A model generated the notes under the pieces. The model saw nothing but the letters and a program-made list of their open reading frames with translations, was not told the DNA's origin and did no database searches. The position numbers were made by a program, and so were the translations under genes. This document shows positions 32,162-46,813 of a DNA stretch of 64,000 nt, piece after piece. Every line of letters begins with the position of its first letter. The first letter of the stretch is position 1. The DNA is from an uncultured Chloroflexia bacterium (GTDB lineage Bacteria; Chloroflexota; Limnocylindria; Limnocylindrales; CSP1-4): assembly GCA_963707215.1 (NCBI GenBank), contig CAVPPB010000003.1:1056001-1120000 (forward strand). The letters run 5' to 3'.

Positions 32162-32926
32162 TCAGCCGTCCCGGGGTGACGACCCTCGGCGCTCGCGGCC
32201 GATGACCCGCCAGCCGCGCGGCGGCAATCGGCCTGCCAGGAGCTCCTCGGCCTCGGCGCCGCGGGCCAGGCTGTGGCCCACGTGGCCGGTCAGGACGAAA
32301 CCGGCGAAGCGGGTGATGGCGTGGGCGATGAAGGCCGCCCCGATTCCGCCGGTCAGGACGGTCAGCCAGCCGCCGACCAGCCCGTAGACGAGCGACAGCC
32401 CCAGAAGGTACCTCGACCGGCCCGTCGCCCCGGTCCGGGTCGCCAGGGCGTAGACGAGGGTCTGGACGACGACCGCGAGCCACGGCTCGAGCCCGGTCGC
32501 GAGGAGGACGCCCAGCAGGACGCCCCGGAAGGCCGCCTCGTCGACGAGCGCGGTCAGAACGCTGTTGACCGCCGCCCACGGGTAGTCCTCGAGCGGCGGC
32601 CAGCGGAACCGACCGTAGCGGTACCAGGCCCAGACCGCGGCCTGGGCGACGCCGAGGGCGCCGAACACGAAGCCCAGGAGGATGGCCGGCAGGCGGTCGC
32701 CGAGGCTGAGCAGGAACAGCTGGTCCGGGTCCGGGGCGACCAGCAGGATCCCGGCGATCAGGGCCCCGCCGATGGCGTACCAGCCGACCCGCATGAAGAC
32801 GCCGGGACCGCCCGGACCCGCCGGCTCGTCGTACTCGGCCGTGCCGAAGCGCTCGGCATCGAACCGCAGGAGGATCAGCAGGGCTCCGAGCCCGAGGGCG
32901 ACGAGGGTCCGGAGCGTCTCCTCCAC
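32162..32926 (-). CDS. CPBP/Abi-family membrane protein with degenerate motifs
   Basis: Multi-TM; LVDEAAFRG, YALAT and TGGIGAAFIAHAITR align to the CPBP motif positions. Confidence 0.7.
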   Translation of the reverse strand: MEETLRTLVALGLGALLILLRFDAERFGTAEYDEPAGPGGPGVFMRVGWYAIGGALIAGILLVAPDPDQLFLLSLGDRLPAILLGFVFGALGVAQAAVWAWYRYGRFRWPPLEDYPWAAVNSVLTALVDEAAFRGVLLGVLLATGLEPWLAVVVQTLVYALATRTGATGRSRYLLGLSLVYGLVGGWLTVLTGGIGAAFIAHAITRFAGFVLTGHVGHSLARGAEAEELLAGRLPPRGWRVIGRERRGSSPRDG

Positions 32927-32929
32927 CGC

Positions 32930-34741
32930 TCAGCTCTCGCCGACGCGGAGCATCGCAAGGAAGGCCTCCTGGGGGATCTCCACGGAGCCGACCCGCTTCA
33001 TCCGCTGCTTGCCCTCCTTCTGCTTCTCCAGGAGCTTGCGCTTGCGGGTGATGTCGCCACCGTAGCACTTGGCGAGGACGTTCTTTCGCATCGCCCGGAT
33101 GGTCTCCCGGGCCACCACGCGGGAGCCGATCGTCGCCTGGATCGGCACCTCGAACATCTGGCGGGGGATGAGCTGCTTCAGCTTCTCGACGAGGGTCCGG
33201 CCGACGAACGTGGCCTTCTCGCGGTGGGTGATGAGGGACAGGGCGTCGACCGGCTCGCCGTTGACGAGCACGTCGACCTTGACCAGGTCGGCCTCTCGGT
33301 AGCCCGCCTCCTCGTAGTCCATCGAGGCGTAGCCGGCGGTCCGCGTCTTGAGCTGGTCGAAGTAGTCGACGATGACTTCGGCCAGGGGCATCTCGAAGCG
33401 GAGCAGGACCCGCTCGGGATCGAGGTACTCCATGTCGAGGAACACGCCCCGCCGGTTGGTGGAGAGCTCCATGAGGGTCCCGATGTAGGACGCCGGCGTG
33501 ACGACGCTGAGGACGACCCAGGGCTCCTCGATCGCCTCGATGTCACCGAGGGGCGGCAGCTTGGCCGGGTTGTCGACCGCGACCACGCCGCGATCGTGGA
33601 GCAGGCGGACGCGGTACTCGACCGACGGGGCAGAGGCGATCAGGTCGAGGTCGAACTCGCGCTCCAGTCGCTCCTGGACGATCTCCATGTGAAGGAGGCC
33701 CAGGAAGCCGCAGCGGAAGCCGAACCCCAAGGCGACCGAGCTCTCCGGTTCGAAGGTGACCGAGGCATCGTTGAGGTGGAGCTTGTCGAGAGCGTCACGG
33801 AGCAGGGGGTAGTCGTCGCCCTGGACCGGGTAGAGGCCGGCGAAGACGAGGCTCTTGGCGGGCTGGTAGCCGGGCAGCGGTACCGAGGCCGATCGGGTGG
33901 CCGAGGTCACGGTGTCGCCGACCTGGGCGTCGCGGACGCTCTTCAGGCCCGTCGCCACGTAGCCCACGTCACCGGCGATGAGGCGCTCGACCGGCACGAG
34001 CTTGGGACGGAAGAACCCGAGCTCCAGGAGCTCGGACTCGGCGCCAGAGGCCATCAGGCGGACCGTGTCGCGGCCGTGCAGCGTCCCCTGCTCCAGGCGG
34101 ACGTAGACGATGACGCCCTTGTAGGCATCGTAGTGAGAGTCGAAGACGAGGGCCTGGAGCGGCGCCTCGGGATCACCCTTCGGGGCCGGGATCCGACGGA
34201 CGATCGCCTCCAGGATCTCGGGCACGCCGGTGCCGTCCTTGGCCGAGGCGAGGAGGACCTCCTCGCGGGGGATCGCCAGGACGTTCTCCAGCTCCTCGAT
34301 GACCAGGTCGGGCTGGGCCGAGGGCAGGTCGATCTTGTTCAGGACCGGGATGATCGTCAGGCCCTCGCGCAGGGCGAGGTGGACGTTGGCGAGCGTCTGG
34401 GCCTCGATCCCCTGGGCCGCATCGATGACCAGCAGGGCGCCCTCGCAGGCCTGGAGGCTGCGGCTGACCTCATAGCTGAAGTCGACGTGCCCGGGCGTGT
34501 CGATGAGGTTGAGGCCGTAGCGGAGCCCATCCGCCGCCGTGTGCTCGAGTCGGACCGCCCGGGCCTTGATGGTGATGCCCTTCTCGCGCTCGAGGTCCAT
34601 CGAGTCGAGGACCTGGCTCGTCATCTGGCGCGGGTCGATCGTGTGGGTCAGCTCGAGGAGCCGGTCCGCGAGCGTGGACTTCCCGTGATCGATGTGGGCG
34701 ATGATCGAGAAGTTGCGCAGGCGGGCCTGGGGGATGGTCAC
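32930..34741 (-). CDS. lepA: Elongation factor 4
   Basis: [49 protein letters not shown]. Confidence 0.99.
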   Translation of the reverse strand: MTIPQARLRNFSIIAHIDHGKSTLADRLLELTHTIDPRQMTSQVLDSMDLEREKGITIKARAVRLEHTAADGLRYGLNLIDTPGHVDFSYEVSRSLQACEGALLVIDAAQGIEAQTLANVHLALREGLTIIPVLNKIDLPSAQPDLVIEELENVLAIPREEVLLASAKDGTGVPEILEAIVRRIPAPKGDPEAPLQALVFDSHYDAYKGVIVYVRLEQGTLHGRDTVRLMASGAESELLELGFFRPKLVPVERLIAGDVGYVATGLKSVRDAQVGDTVTSATRSASVPLPGYQPAKSLVFAGLYPVQGDDYPLLRDALDKLHLNDASVTFEPESSVALGFGFRCGFLGLLHMEIVQERLEREFDLDLIASAPSVEYRVRLLHDRGVVAVDNPAKLPPLGDIEAIEEPWVVLSVVTPASYIGTLMELSTNRRGVFLDMEYLDPERVLLRFEMPLAEVIVDYFDQLKTRTAGYASMDYEEAGYREADLVKVDVLVNGEPVDALSLITHREKATFVGRTLVEKLKQLIPRQMFEVPIQATIGSRVVARETIRAMRKNVLAKCYGGDITRKRKLLEKQKEGKQRMKRVGSVEIPQEAFLAMLRVGES

Positions 34742-34789
34742 GAGGCGGGAGTGTAGCCGACGCGGTCCCGCATACCCTCCACGAGTCCC

Positions 34790-35701
34790 TCAGACCCGGA
34801 TCGCCGTCAGGACGGACACGCCGACGACGATGAGCGACGCCCCGGCCAGCTGGACCCGATGGAGGCGCTCTCCGAAGAGCAGGTAGCCACCCACGGCCGC
34901 GATCGCCGCGAACTGGGCCGAGACGATCGCCGCCACCGCGATGCCGTCCTGGGCGCCGACCGTGTAGGCGGCGGTGCCGATGACCTCCAGGACGCCCGCG
35001 GCGACCACCAGGGGCGCGGCGGCCCGGACCAGGCGCAGGCGGCGGGAGATGGCCAACGGGATCGCCACGGCCACCACCCCGACGAGCCGGGCGATGAGGG
35101 CCACCCAGGCCACCGGCACCCCTTCGCCGACAGCCAGCGCCGAGGTCACCAGGCCGATCCCGAAGATCCCGGCAGCGGCGACGGCAAGACCCACGGCCGT
35201 CCGGTCGTCGCGGCCGGACCGGGTCAGCGGGGTCGGAGCCGACGTGGCGTCGCTCTCGCCCTCGCCCAGCACCGGTTCGAGGGCCGCCTCGCTTCCGGGC
35301 GTGGCGGCGAGGATGACCCCAACGACGATGACGACCAACAGGACCGCCCCGGCGGCCCCGAGGGTCTCACCCAGGGCGATCGCGATGACGGCGGCGATGG
35401 CCCCCTCCGTGGACAGGATCGGAGCCACGATCCCGACCCGGCCCCTCCGCAGCGCCGAGTAGGCCAGGAAGAGCCCGCCGACGTAGGACGCGCCCTGGAC
35501 GACGGCCAGGGTCCAGGCGAACGGCGTGAGGTCGCGGTCCGGGCGGACAGCCAGCGACGGTCCGAGGGCGGCCAGGGCGCCCGCGATCATGACCCAGGCG
35601 AGCACCGAGGCGGCTCCGATCATCCGGCTCGAGCGCGTGGACGAGAGGGTGGCCGTGGCCCAGCAGAAGGCGGCCACGAGGCCCCCGAGGATGGCGATCA
35701 C
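34790..35701 (-). CDS. EamA/DMT-family transporter
   Basis: Two 5-TM repeats with ALGETL and LFGERL; GTG 35701 lies 6 nt after a GATACT -10-like box. Confidence 0.85.
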   Translation of the reverse strand: MIAILGGLVAAFCWATATLSSTRSSRMIGAASVLAWVMIAGALAALGPSLAVRPDRDLTPFAWTLAVVQGASYVGGLFLAYSALRRGRVGIVAPILSTEGAIAAVIAIALGETLGAAGAVLLVVIVVGVILAATPGSEAALEPVLGEGESDATSAPTPLTRSGRDDRTAVGLAVAAAGIFGIGLVTSALAVGEGVPVAWVALIARLVGVVAVAIPLAISRRLRLVRAAAPLVVAAGVLEVIGTAAYTVGAQDGIAVAAIVSAQFAAIAAVGGYLLFGERLHRVQLAGASLIVVGVSVLTAIRV

Positions 35702-35832
35702 CAGCCGAGTATCGTCGACCGGGCGGATGTCGTCGGGCGAGGCCGCGGATCGGCCGCCAGCCTGGCCTGTGCTACCATTCGCGGTCGCGCCAGCGGGCGC
35801 GTCCATCCTGTCCAGCACTGAGGTTCGTTCCC

Positions 35833-36606
35833 TTGGCCAAGACGCCCCGGAAGTGGTCGGGAGCTCGCACGCCGTCGGGCCTGAAGCGGGTCCGGTCCTC
35901 CGAGCGACGCTACGCCATCCTCCAGCCACGCCGAAGCGCGGTGAAGACGCTCTCCAAGAAGGCCGTCGCGGTCGCCACGACCCCGCAGGACGGCACCGAG
36001 GCGACGGCAGCCCTCGCCGACGCCATCAGCGCCCTGGACCGGGCAGCGAAGGCCGGGGCGATGCACCCGAACGCGGTGGCCCGCCGCAAGTCGCGCCTGA
36101 CCCGCAAGGTCAACGCGGCCCTGGCCGGGGCCGAGGTGGCGACATCGGCCAAGGCTGCCAAGTCGACCGGCAGCCTGGCCGCAGCCAAGGCCGCCAAGGC
36201 CCGGATCGCGGCCGGCAAGGCCGCCAAGGCCAAGGGCGAGCAGACCGCGGCCGGCAAGGCCCGCGCCGCCCTGGCTCGCTCGACGCGCGAGGAGACGGCG
36301 GCCGAGACGAAGCCGGCGGCCGAGACCGCGGCCGAGGCGCCGAAGACCCGGTCCCGGTCGACGGCCTCCAAGGCCACAGCGACGAAGGCTCCGGCCAAGG
36401 CGACCGCGTCGAAGGCGACGACCGCCAAGAAGACCACGACGGCCAAGAAGACCACGACGGCCAAGGCCCCCACGACGGCCAAGGCCCCCACGACCAAGAA
36501 GACCACCCCGAAGGCACCGACGAGCCGCTCCAAGGCCAGCCCGGCCGCCGAGGGCGCCGCCCCCAAGACCACGCGGACCCGCAAGAAGGCCGAGCCGACC
36601 GAGTAG
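35833..36606 (+). CDS. rpsT: 30S ribosomal protein S20 with long Lys/Ala/Thr-rich C-terminal extension
   Basis: SGLKRVRSSERR....RSAVKT..KK, LDRAAKAGAMHPNAVARRKSRL; divergent from lepA as is typical for rpsT. Confidence 0.88.
   Translation: MAKTPRKWSGARTPSGLKRVRSSERRYAILQPRRSAVKTLSKKAVAVATTPQDGTEATAALADAISALDRAAKAGAMHPNAVARRKSRLTRKVNAALAGAEVATSAKAAKSTGSLAAAKAAKARIAAGKAAKAKGEQTAAGKARAALARSTREETAAETKPAAETAAEAPKTRSRSTASKATATKAPAKATASKATTAKKTTTAKKTTTAKAPTTAKAPTTKKTTPKAPTSRSKASPAAEGAAPKTTRTRKKAEPTE
36418..36501 (+). repeat. 18-bp tandem repeat encoding TTAKKT/TTAKAP
   Basis: About 4.5 copies of (A/C)CCACGACGGCCAAG(AAG/GCC). Confidence 0.8.
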
Positions 36607-36633
36607 GCGACGGACCACGCGAACGCACGAACG

Positions 36634-36665
36634 AACGCCCCGGGGCCGGTCCCGGGGCGTTTCCC
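36634..36665 (+). terminator. Intrinsic terminator after rpsT
   Basis: AACGCCCCGGG-gccggt-CCCGGGGCGTT ending in a short T run. Confidence 0.7.
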
Positions 36666-36699
36666 GTGGGTCGTCGGCGACGGGCGGCCGCCGGCGCCC

Positions 36700-39847
<3,148 letters not shown>

Positions 39848-39902
39848 GGCGTGTCCTTCCGGGGCCCCGGGGCGCAGGGCGCTGGCGTATGGCGGGGTCG
39901 GA

Positions 39903-40988
<1,086 letters not shown>

Positions 40989-41297
40989 TCAGATGCGCCA
41001 CGGGCGGATGGGTCGGGTCGGAACGACGCCTCCTCGACCCTGGCCCTCCGATCGGCCCGCTGCGCCGGCGACGGGACGACGCGCGGCGTACGCGACTGGG
41101 ATCGGACCGGCCGGTGGGCCGGGTCGGGTCGGGTGGCCAGGGAACGCTACCTCGCCGCTTCGTGGGTGCTCGGGGAGTGTAGCAAAGGGGTCGTCGACAC
41201 CCGGCGGGCCGGACCGACCACGCTCGGGGAGGCGACCGGCCGTCGTCGGGGGCCGAAGGGGCCGCGCCGACGGTCCGAACGGCTCGGCCGGGACATA

Positions 41298-41335
41298 CGA
41301 CGGCCCCGCACCGGCCGGGCCGGGCGGGGCCGTCG
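41298..41335 (-). terminator. Hairpin after the DUF5679-like gene
   Basis: 12-bp inverted repeat CGACGGCCCCGC...GCGGGGCCGTCG followed by TATGT on the minus strand. Confidence 0.55.
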
Positions 41336-41357
41336 AGGTCCTACGTCAGCAGGACGG

Positions 41358-41498
41358 TCAGCCGCCGATCCTGAAGACCTTGCCGCCGCACTTCGGGCAG
41401 GTGCCCTGGGTGGCAGGCTTGCCGTTCTTCATGGTGATCTTCTGGGGGTTCTGGATCTCGACCTTCTGCTTGTCCTTGACGCAGTACGCCTCAGCCAC
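41358..41498 (-). CDS. 46-aa basic Zn-ribbon protein (DUF5679-like), absent from the ORF track
   Basis: MAEAYCVKDKQKVEIQNPQKITMKNGKPATQGTCPKCGGKVFRIGG; GAGGAGG RBS; strongly GC3-biased codons. Confidence 0.85.
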   Translation of the reverse strand: MAEAYCVKDKQKVEIQNPQKITMKNGKPATQGTCPKCGGKVFRIGG

Positions 41499-41555
41499 GC
41501 GTTCCTCCTCTTGCTGCGGCGCCGACCGGGTCGGTCGGAGCCTTGGGCCATTGTG

Positions 41556-42398
41556 TCAGGTGCGCCAGAGGGACGGGTGCCAGCGGCCCGCCCCCGCCTC
41601 GCGCGTCTGGCGGTCCAGTTCCGCGAGGACGGCCAGGGCCTCGAGCCCCGTCTCCACGCAGTCCGCCTCGGCGCGGTCCTGCTGTCCGCCCTCCACGAAC
41701 GTCCCCTCGTTCCGCTGTGCGTAGACCGCGCAGACGACGCCGGCTCGGCAGCCGGCGAGGGACGCGAGCGTGAAGAGCGCCGATGCCTCCATCTCGAAGT
41801 TGAGGACGCGCTGGCGCTCCATCTCCGCGGCCAGGTCGGGATACCGGATCGGCAGCCGCTCGATGGGACGCCCCTGCGCCCCGAAGAACCCCGGAGCCGT
41901 CGCGGTGATCCCGACATGAGCCCGGTGCCCGAGCCGGTCGGCCGCCTCGATCAGCGCCAGGACCGCCTCGTGATGGGCGATCGCCGGGTAGCCGTCGCTG
42001 ACGAACCAGCTCGTCGTCGTCTCGAGCCGGACGGCGCCGGACGAGATGACGAGGTCCCCGAGGGCGATCTCCGGCTGGAGGGCCCCCGACGAACCGACAC
42101 GGATGAAGGTCGGTCGTTCCGTGATCGCCAGCACCTCCGCCAGCACGATCTCGACGTTGTCCGTCCCGATGCCGGTCGAGACGATCGAGATGCGATGCCC
42201 TCGGAAGCTCCCCGTCGCTGAGGCGAACTCGCGGTGCCGGTGCTCGAGCTCGACGGAGTCGAGACGCGCGGCGATGCGGGCCGTCCTGTCGGGATCACCG
42301 GGGAGGAGGATGTACTCGGCCAGCTGGCCTGGCCCAAGCCCGATGTGGTACTGCCGTTCTCCAACGGGGAGTGCGACGCGCGGATCCGCGCTCGGCAA
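41556..42398 (-). CDS. Uridine/nucleoside phosphorylase (PNP_UDP family)
   Basis: QYHIGL, LLPGDPDR, HREF, STGIG, IRVGSSG, FFGAQGR, NFEMEAS. Confidence 0.92.
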   Translation of the reverse strand: MPSADPRVALPVGERQYHIGLGPGQLAEYILLPGDPDRTARIAARLDSVELEHRHREFASATGSFRGHRISIVSTGIGTDNVEIVLAEVLAITERPTFIRVGSSGALQPEIALGDLVISSGAVRLETTTSWFVSDGYPAIAHHEAVLALIEAADRLGHRAHVGITATAPGFFGAQGRPIERLPIRYPDLAAEMERQRVLNFEMEASALFTLASLAGCRAGVVCAVYAQRNEGTFVEGGQQDRAEADCVETGLEALAVLAELDRQTREAGAGRWHPSLWRT

Positions 42399-42472
42399 GA
42401 CCTCTTCCCCTCTCCTCGGATGCTTCGCTGGCGCGAAACTCGGGTGAGGATAGGCCGGCCATTTCGCGAGCG

Positions 42473-45400
42473 TCAAGCCGACCCGCCACGCTCGGTCCCG
42501 AGCGCGGACCGCAGCGTGACAGGATCCGGCGTCGCTCCGGGACCAACGGGACCCGCACTGGACGACCCACGACCGCTGGTCCCCGGCCTGCCCAGGCGTG
42601 CCAGACGGGCGGCGACCAGCTCGTCCCACCGGCGTCGATCCGCCCGGCGTCGGACGAGCGCGGTCGCGGCGGTCACGACGGCGATGGCCACGGCGGATAC
42701 GGCAGCCACGACCTGGAGGGGCTCGACGGCTGCGACCGCCCGGGCGTCGTGGTCGGGGGTCGGGGCCGGAGAGCCCTCGGATGGCGTCGACCGATCGGCC
42801 GCCGCGACCGCAAGACCTCCGGCCAGGACGATGCTCGTCGGGTCCTCGATCATGACGATCGGAGACTCAGGACCGGGCTCGACGCGGCCGGTCGCCGAGA
42901 TCGCATCACCCGGTCGCAGGTCGGCGGCCGCCGCCTCCGCTGCGCCGCGAAGGTCGAGTCTCGCGACGGCCGTGCCGTCGTCCAGGGAGATGCTCGCACC
43001 CTCTACCGCGAGCACCAGCCCGGAGACGCGGACCGCCCGGCCGACGTGCTCTCCCAGGGTCGCGAGGTCGACCGCCGGTGCATCGCCGCCGGATGCGAGC
43101 TGGCCGCCGGGGCCCTCGGCGACGGATCCGGGCGATCTGCCCCTGTCCGCACCTGCGGCAGCCGGTCCGGCACCGGGTCCGGCAGCACCGCCGTGGATGT
43201 CGGTGGGCCCACGCGGCACGAGCGCGAAGCGACGATCGGACGCGCTCGGGTACGGGCGCCGGACGAGGCCGGTGACCGTGACGCTGCCCCCCTCGCGGAG
43301 CGTCGTCGCATCGATGCCGGCCCCGACGAGGCCCGATAGGGGGATCGTCGCGCCTCCGGCCAGCCGCAGATCGGCCCGCCAGCGGTCGCCCAAGCGCTGG
43401 ACGTCGACGATGACGCCCCGGGCGCGGCCGAGCCGCCACTCGTCGGGATCACCGAGGGGTCGGTCCACCTCGAACGGGACCGGCGGGGAGCCGGGCCCAA
43501 GGGCCACGGCCGTGCTGGCCCGGAGCCTCGGCGCACCGTAGGCGATGCCCATCGTCCCGGTGGCCCGGACCCGATCGCCGACGGACCAGCTCACGGCCTG
43601 CGGCAGGAGGAGCTCGACCGCCGCCGTGGCATCTTCGACGACGACCCGTCGGCCGGAGCCGTCGAGCAGGCTCGGGCCGGCCGTGATGACGCCCTCGACG
43701 GTCACCGTCTCGTCCCCGGCGGTCCGCGCCGCGGCGATGCCGGTGACGCCGGGCGCCGACGACGGTTCGGCTCCGGTGGGCCCGCTCGGCGTGGGCGTCG
43801 GGGGTGCCTGGAGGACGACGAGGTCCTCACCGTCGCGGAGCCAGATCCGGTAGCCGTCTGCGGCCCCGATCCTCGATGCGCGCTGGCCGACGATACCGAC
43901 GATCCGGTAGATCGTCCCCGGGATGAGATCGGCTCGCTCGACCTCCGTCGAGGGGTCGACGTAGGCCCGGAAGGCGACGCCATCGGCGTCGTCGAGCTCC
44001 AGACTGAGGGTCCCTGCCGTCGAGCGCTCCGTGCGCCGCAGGCGACCGTCGATGCGGACCAGGCTCGCCTCGAGCGGCTCGCCGAGCTCGCCCGCCGTGA
44101 CGGTCCGCGGGAGCGGCTCTGGCGTCTCGCCAAGGTCGAGCAGCTGGCCGGGCGCGTCGAGCCTGACCTCGAGCTGTCCGTATGGGTCGGCCAGCTTGCC
44201 GGTCACCTCGAGCCGGTCGCCCCGACCTACGACGACGTCGTCGGGAAGGCGAACGACGATCGCGGCGGTCCCGTCCTGGATCGGCACGAGTGCGGGCTTG
44301 GCCAGCCGCTCCGGCTCGGCCGTGACCACGCCGCGGACGCGAATGGTCGACCCGGCGGCCAGTGCCCGAGCCTCCGCGATCGAAAGCACGCCCGGTTCGG
44401 CGGGCGGTGAGGGCGGACCGGTCGGGCCGGGCGTGGGAGAGGCCGGGATCGATGGCTGCGGTGACGGGTCGGGGGACGAGCGCACGACGTCCGCCGCTCG
44501 CGTCACGTGCAGCCGGTAGCCGGCCAGGCCGGTGCCGCCGCTGTCGCGCTGTCCGAGGGGACCGGCGGCGGTGAGTCGGTCGCCGCGGGCCAGCCCGAGT
44601 TCGGTGCTCAGCCCGGCGACGAGGATGACCCGCAACGGACCGGTGCCGTCGTCGACGGTCACCGCGTCGCCATCGGCGAGCGGATCCGGACCCTGGGTCA
44701 CTACCCCGGCGATCCGCACCAGCCGTCCCTCCAGGGCCTCGTCGACGGACCCGGTCACCGCGCCCATGGGCTCGGGCAGCTGGGCCTCGCCCAGGTCGAC
44801 GAGCGCAGCCACCCGCAGCGTCCGCTGGCTGTAGCGGTCGTCCACGGCGCCATCGACCTGGATCCGGTGGCCGGCCGGGATCGTCACCGCTGGCTCGGCG
44901 TCCAGGAGGATCGCGATGCCGCCGGTCTCGTCCTGGACAAAGGCTCCGCGGCCGCTCTCCAGCGCAGCGAGATCGGTCGTCAGGACCCCCTCGATCGTCG
45001 CGGATGCGCCATCCGGCAAGGTCCGGGCGACTCCGATCGGGCTGACCTGGGGGCCGGCCGTCTGGGATGGTGATGGTGCAGCTGTCGGCGTTGCGGTCGG
45101 AGATGGCGCGAGCGTGGGCGACGGCGACTGAGAAGGCGCAGGGGATGACGCGGTCGGACTCGGCGACGGCTGCGGGCTCGGGTCCGGGCTCGGGCTGGCT
45201 GGGGTCCGGGATCGGACTGCGGGTCCGGGCTCGGGCTGGGGCTCGGGTCCGGGCTCGGGCTGGGGCTGGTCGGTCCGGGCTCGGGTCCGGGCTCGGGGAC
45301 CCCGTCGGGGAGGGTGACGGCCACGGGCCGCCTCCCGAGCCCTCCGGGACGGGAGCCGGGTCGACCGACAGATCCGCTGCGTTGTCGTTGGTGTCAACCG

Positions 45401-45971
45401 GTCGGCCATCGGGGAGCACCCCCCGGGCGATACTGGTGCCCGGGGCCGGGGCAACAGCCGCGCTGCCCTCGACGAAGGCGTTCGAGGCGTCGCCCCATCC
45501 GACCGCGTCGATCGGCGCACCGCCGATGGAGCGGACGGCCAGGGCACCCCCGGTCGCAGCCAGGCCACCGCTGTACGTCCCGTCTGCGAGACCGGCATGG
45601 ATGCCGGCCGCATTGGCCAGCAGCAGGCGACCGCCGGGCGCCAGCACGGCCCCGCTCGGCCAGGCGGCCTTGCGGGTCACGGTGCCACCGGACGACGTCA
45701 CGTAGACGAGCTCCAGCGGCGCAAGGTCGACCGGGGACGAGGCCACGTTCGCCAGCTCGATCCACTCGTCGGAGGCCGAGGCACCACCGGTCACGATCTC
45801 GGTGACCAGAACGCTCGTCGACGGTGGCCAGCCGACATCCGCGGCCGGCAGCAGGTCGAGCGGCATGCCGGCCGGGTGGGCCGTCCCGGCGATCGGGCGT
45901 GCGGGCACGAGGCCCGCCGCAAGGAAGGCCAGGAACAGAACGACGGTCGTGAGCCGCCGGACGAGTGCCAT
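42473..45971 (-). CDS. Large surface protein: signal peptide, lamin-tail domain, Pro/Ser linker, about 7 OB-fold repeats, C-terminal TM anchor (frameshifted in the linker)
   Basis: The N-part (ORF 43827..45971: VLVTEI..GGASASDEWIELAN, IDAVGWG, DTNDNAAD) joins the C-part (ORF 42473..45613) across indels at ~45200-45275. Confidence 0.8.
45170..45310. repeat. Degenerate 6/12-bp repeat encoding a PSPDPSP linker
   Basis: Repeated GGGCTC/GGGTCC units; the reading frame changes within the repeat. Confidence 0.8.
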
Positions 45972-46153
45972 GGGTCGACCTCCCGGCGGGCATCGGGTGG
46001 CGGTCCCCGCTGTGTACCTCGCCGCGCTTCACCGCTGCGTATCCGCTGCCCGGCCCTGTTCGACTACCATTGGCGCCCTGCGTCGACCGTGCTCGAGTGC
46101 GGTCCGCCATCGCCGACCCACCGGCCGGCCCGCCCGACCCGGCCCCCGAGGAG

Positions 46154-46813
46154 ATGCCCGTGGCCCGCGCCAAGCGAACCGATCGTGCCGAAGCCCGTCG
46201 CCGCTATCGCCAGGAGGCGGCGACCCGCACCGAGGCGGACGAGACGACGCTGGAGGCTCCGGCCCGGACGTCGAAGGCGCCGGTCGCCCCTGCGCCGACC
46301 GGTCGACCGTCGGTCGTGGCAGCCTTCCGCCAGGCAGCCCGACCGGCCAGCCTCCGCGCCGACATCGAGTACCTGCCGACCCTCATCGTTCGCACCAAGG
46401 CGATCTGGGTGCCAGCCGGCCTGGTGATCGCGGCCGGGACCATGTTCCTGGTCCCCGACCTTGGCTCGAATATCGTCTTCGTGCTCGCCTTCCAGGCCTT
46501 CGTGGTCCCGCCGCCACTGGCCGCGTCCTTCCTCGCGGGCCTCCTGGCACCACGGGCCGCCTGGCTCGCGGGCGGTGTCGTCGGTCTGATCTCCGCCCTC
46601 ACCTTCGCGGTGGTCGCGGTGCTTTACGAGGGCTCCGTCGACGCCACGATCACCTCGGACCAGCTCCGTGACACGGTCCTGTTCGGGTTCGCGGTGGCGC
46701 CGCTGTTCGGCATCGGAGCCGGTGCCTTCGCCGGCTTCTACCGCCGGTTCCTCCAGTTCGGGCAGCCGGCCCGGCGGGGGAACCAGGGCCGGCGGGACTC
46801 GAACCGCCGCTAG
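46154..46813 (+). CDS. Hypothetical membrane protein with basic N-terminus
   Basis: GAGGAG RBS; ARAKRTDRAEARRRYR followed by 4-5 TM segments; start could be GTG 46160. Confidence 0.75.
   Translation: MPVARAKRTDRAEARRRYRQEAATRTEADETTLEAPARTSKAPVAPAPTGRPSVVAAFRQAARPASLRADIEYLPTLIVRTKAIWVPAGLVIAAGTMFLVPDLGSNIVFVLAFQAFVVPPPLAASFLAGLLAPRAAWLAGGVVGLISALTFAVVAVLYEGSVDATITSDQLRDTVLFGFAVAPLFGIGAGAFAGFYRRFLQFGQPARRGNQGRRDSNRR

Noticed and set aside
41100-41170. T-box or lysine riboswitch in the gap leader (GAAGCGGCGAGGTAG start)
   Set aside because: No GGTGGNACC T-box sequence or other conserved riboswitch core, and the downstream genes do not fit
45200-45275. Phase variation or programmed frameshift in the surface-protein linker
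   Set aside because: Repeat units are multiples of 3, so unit slippage would keep the frame; neighbouring genes show similar error-like indels
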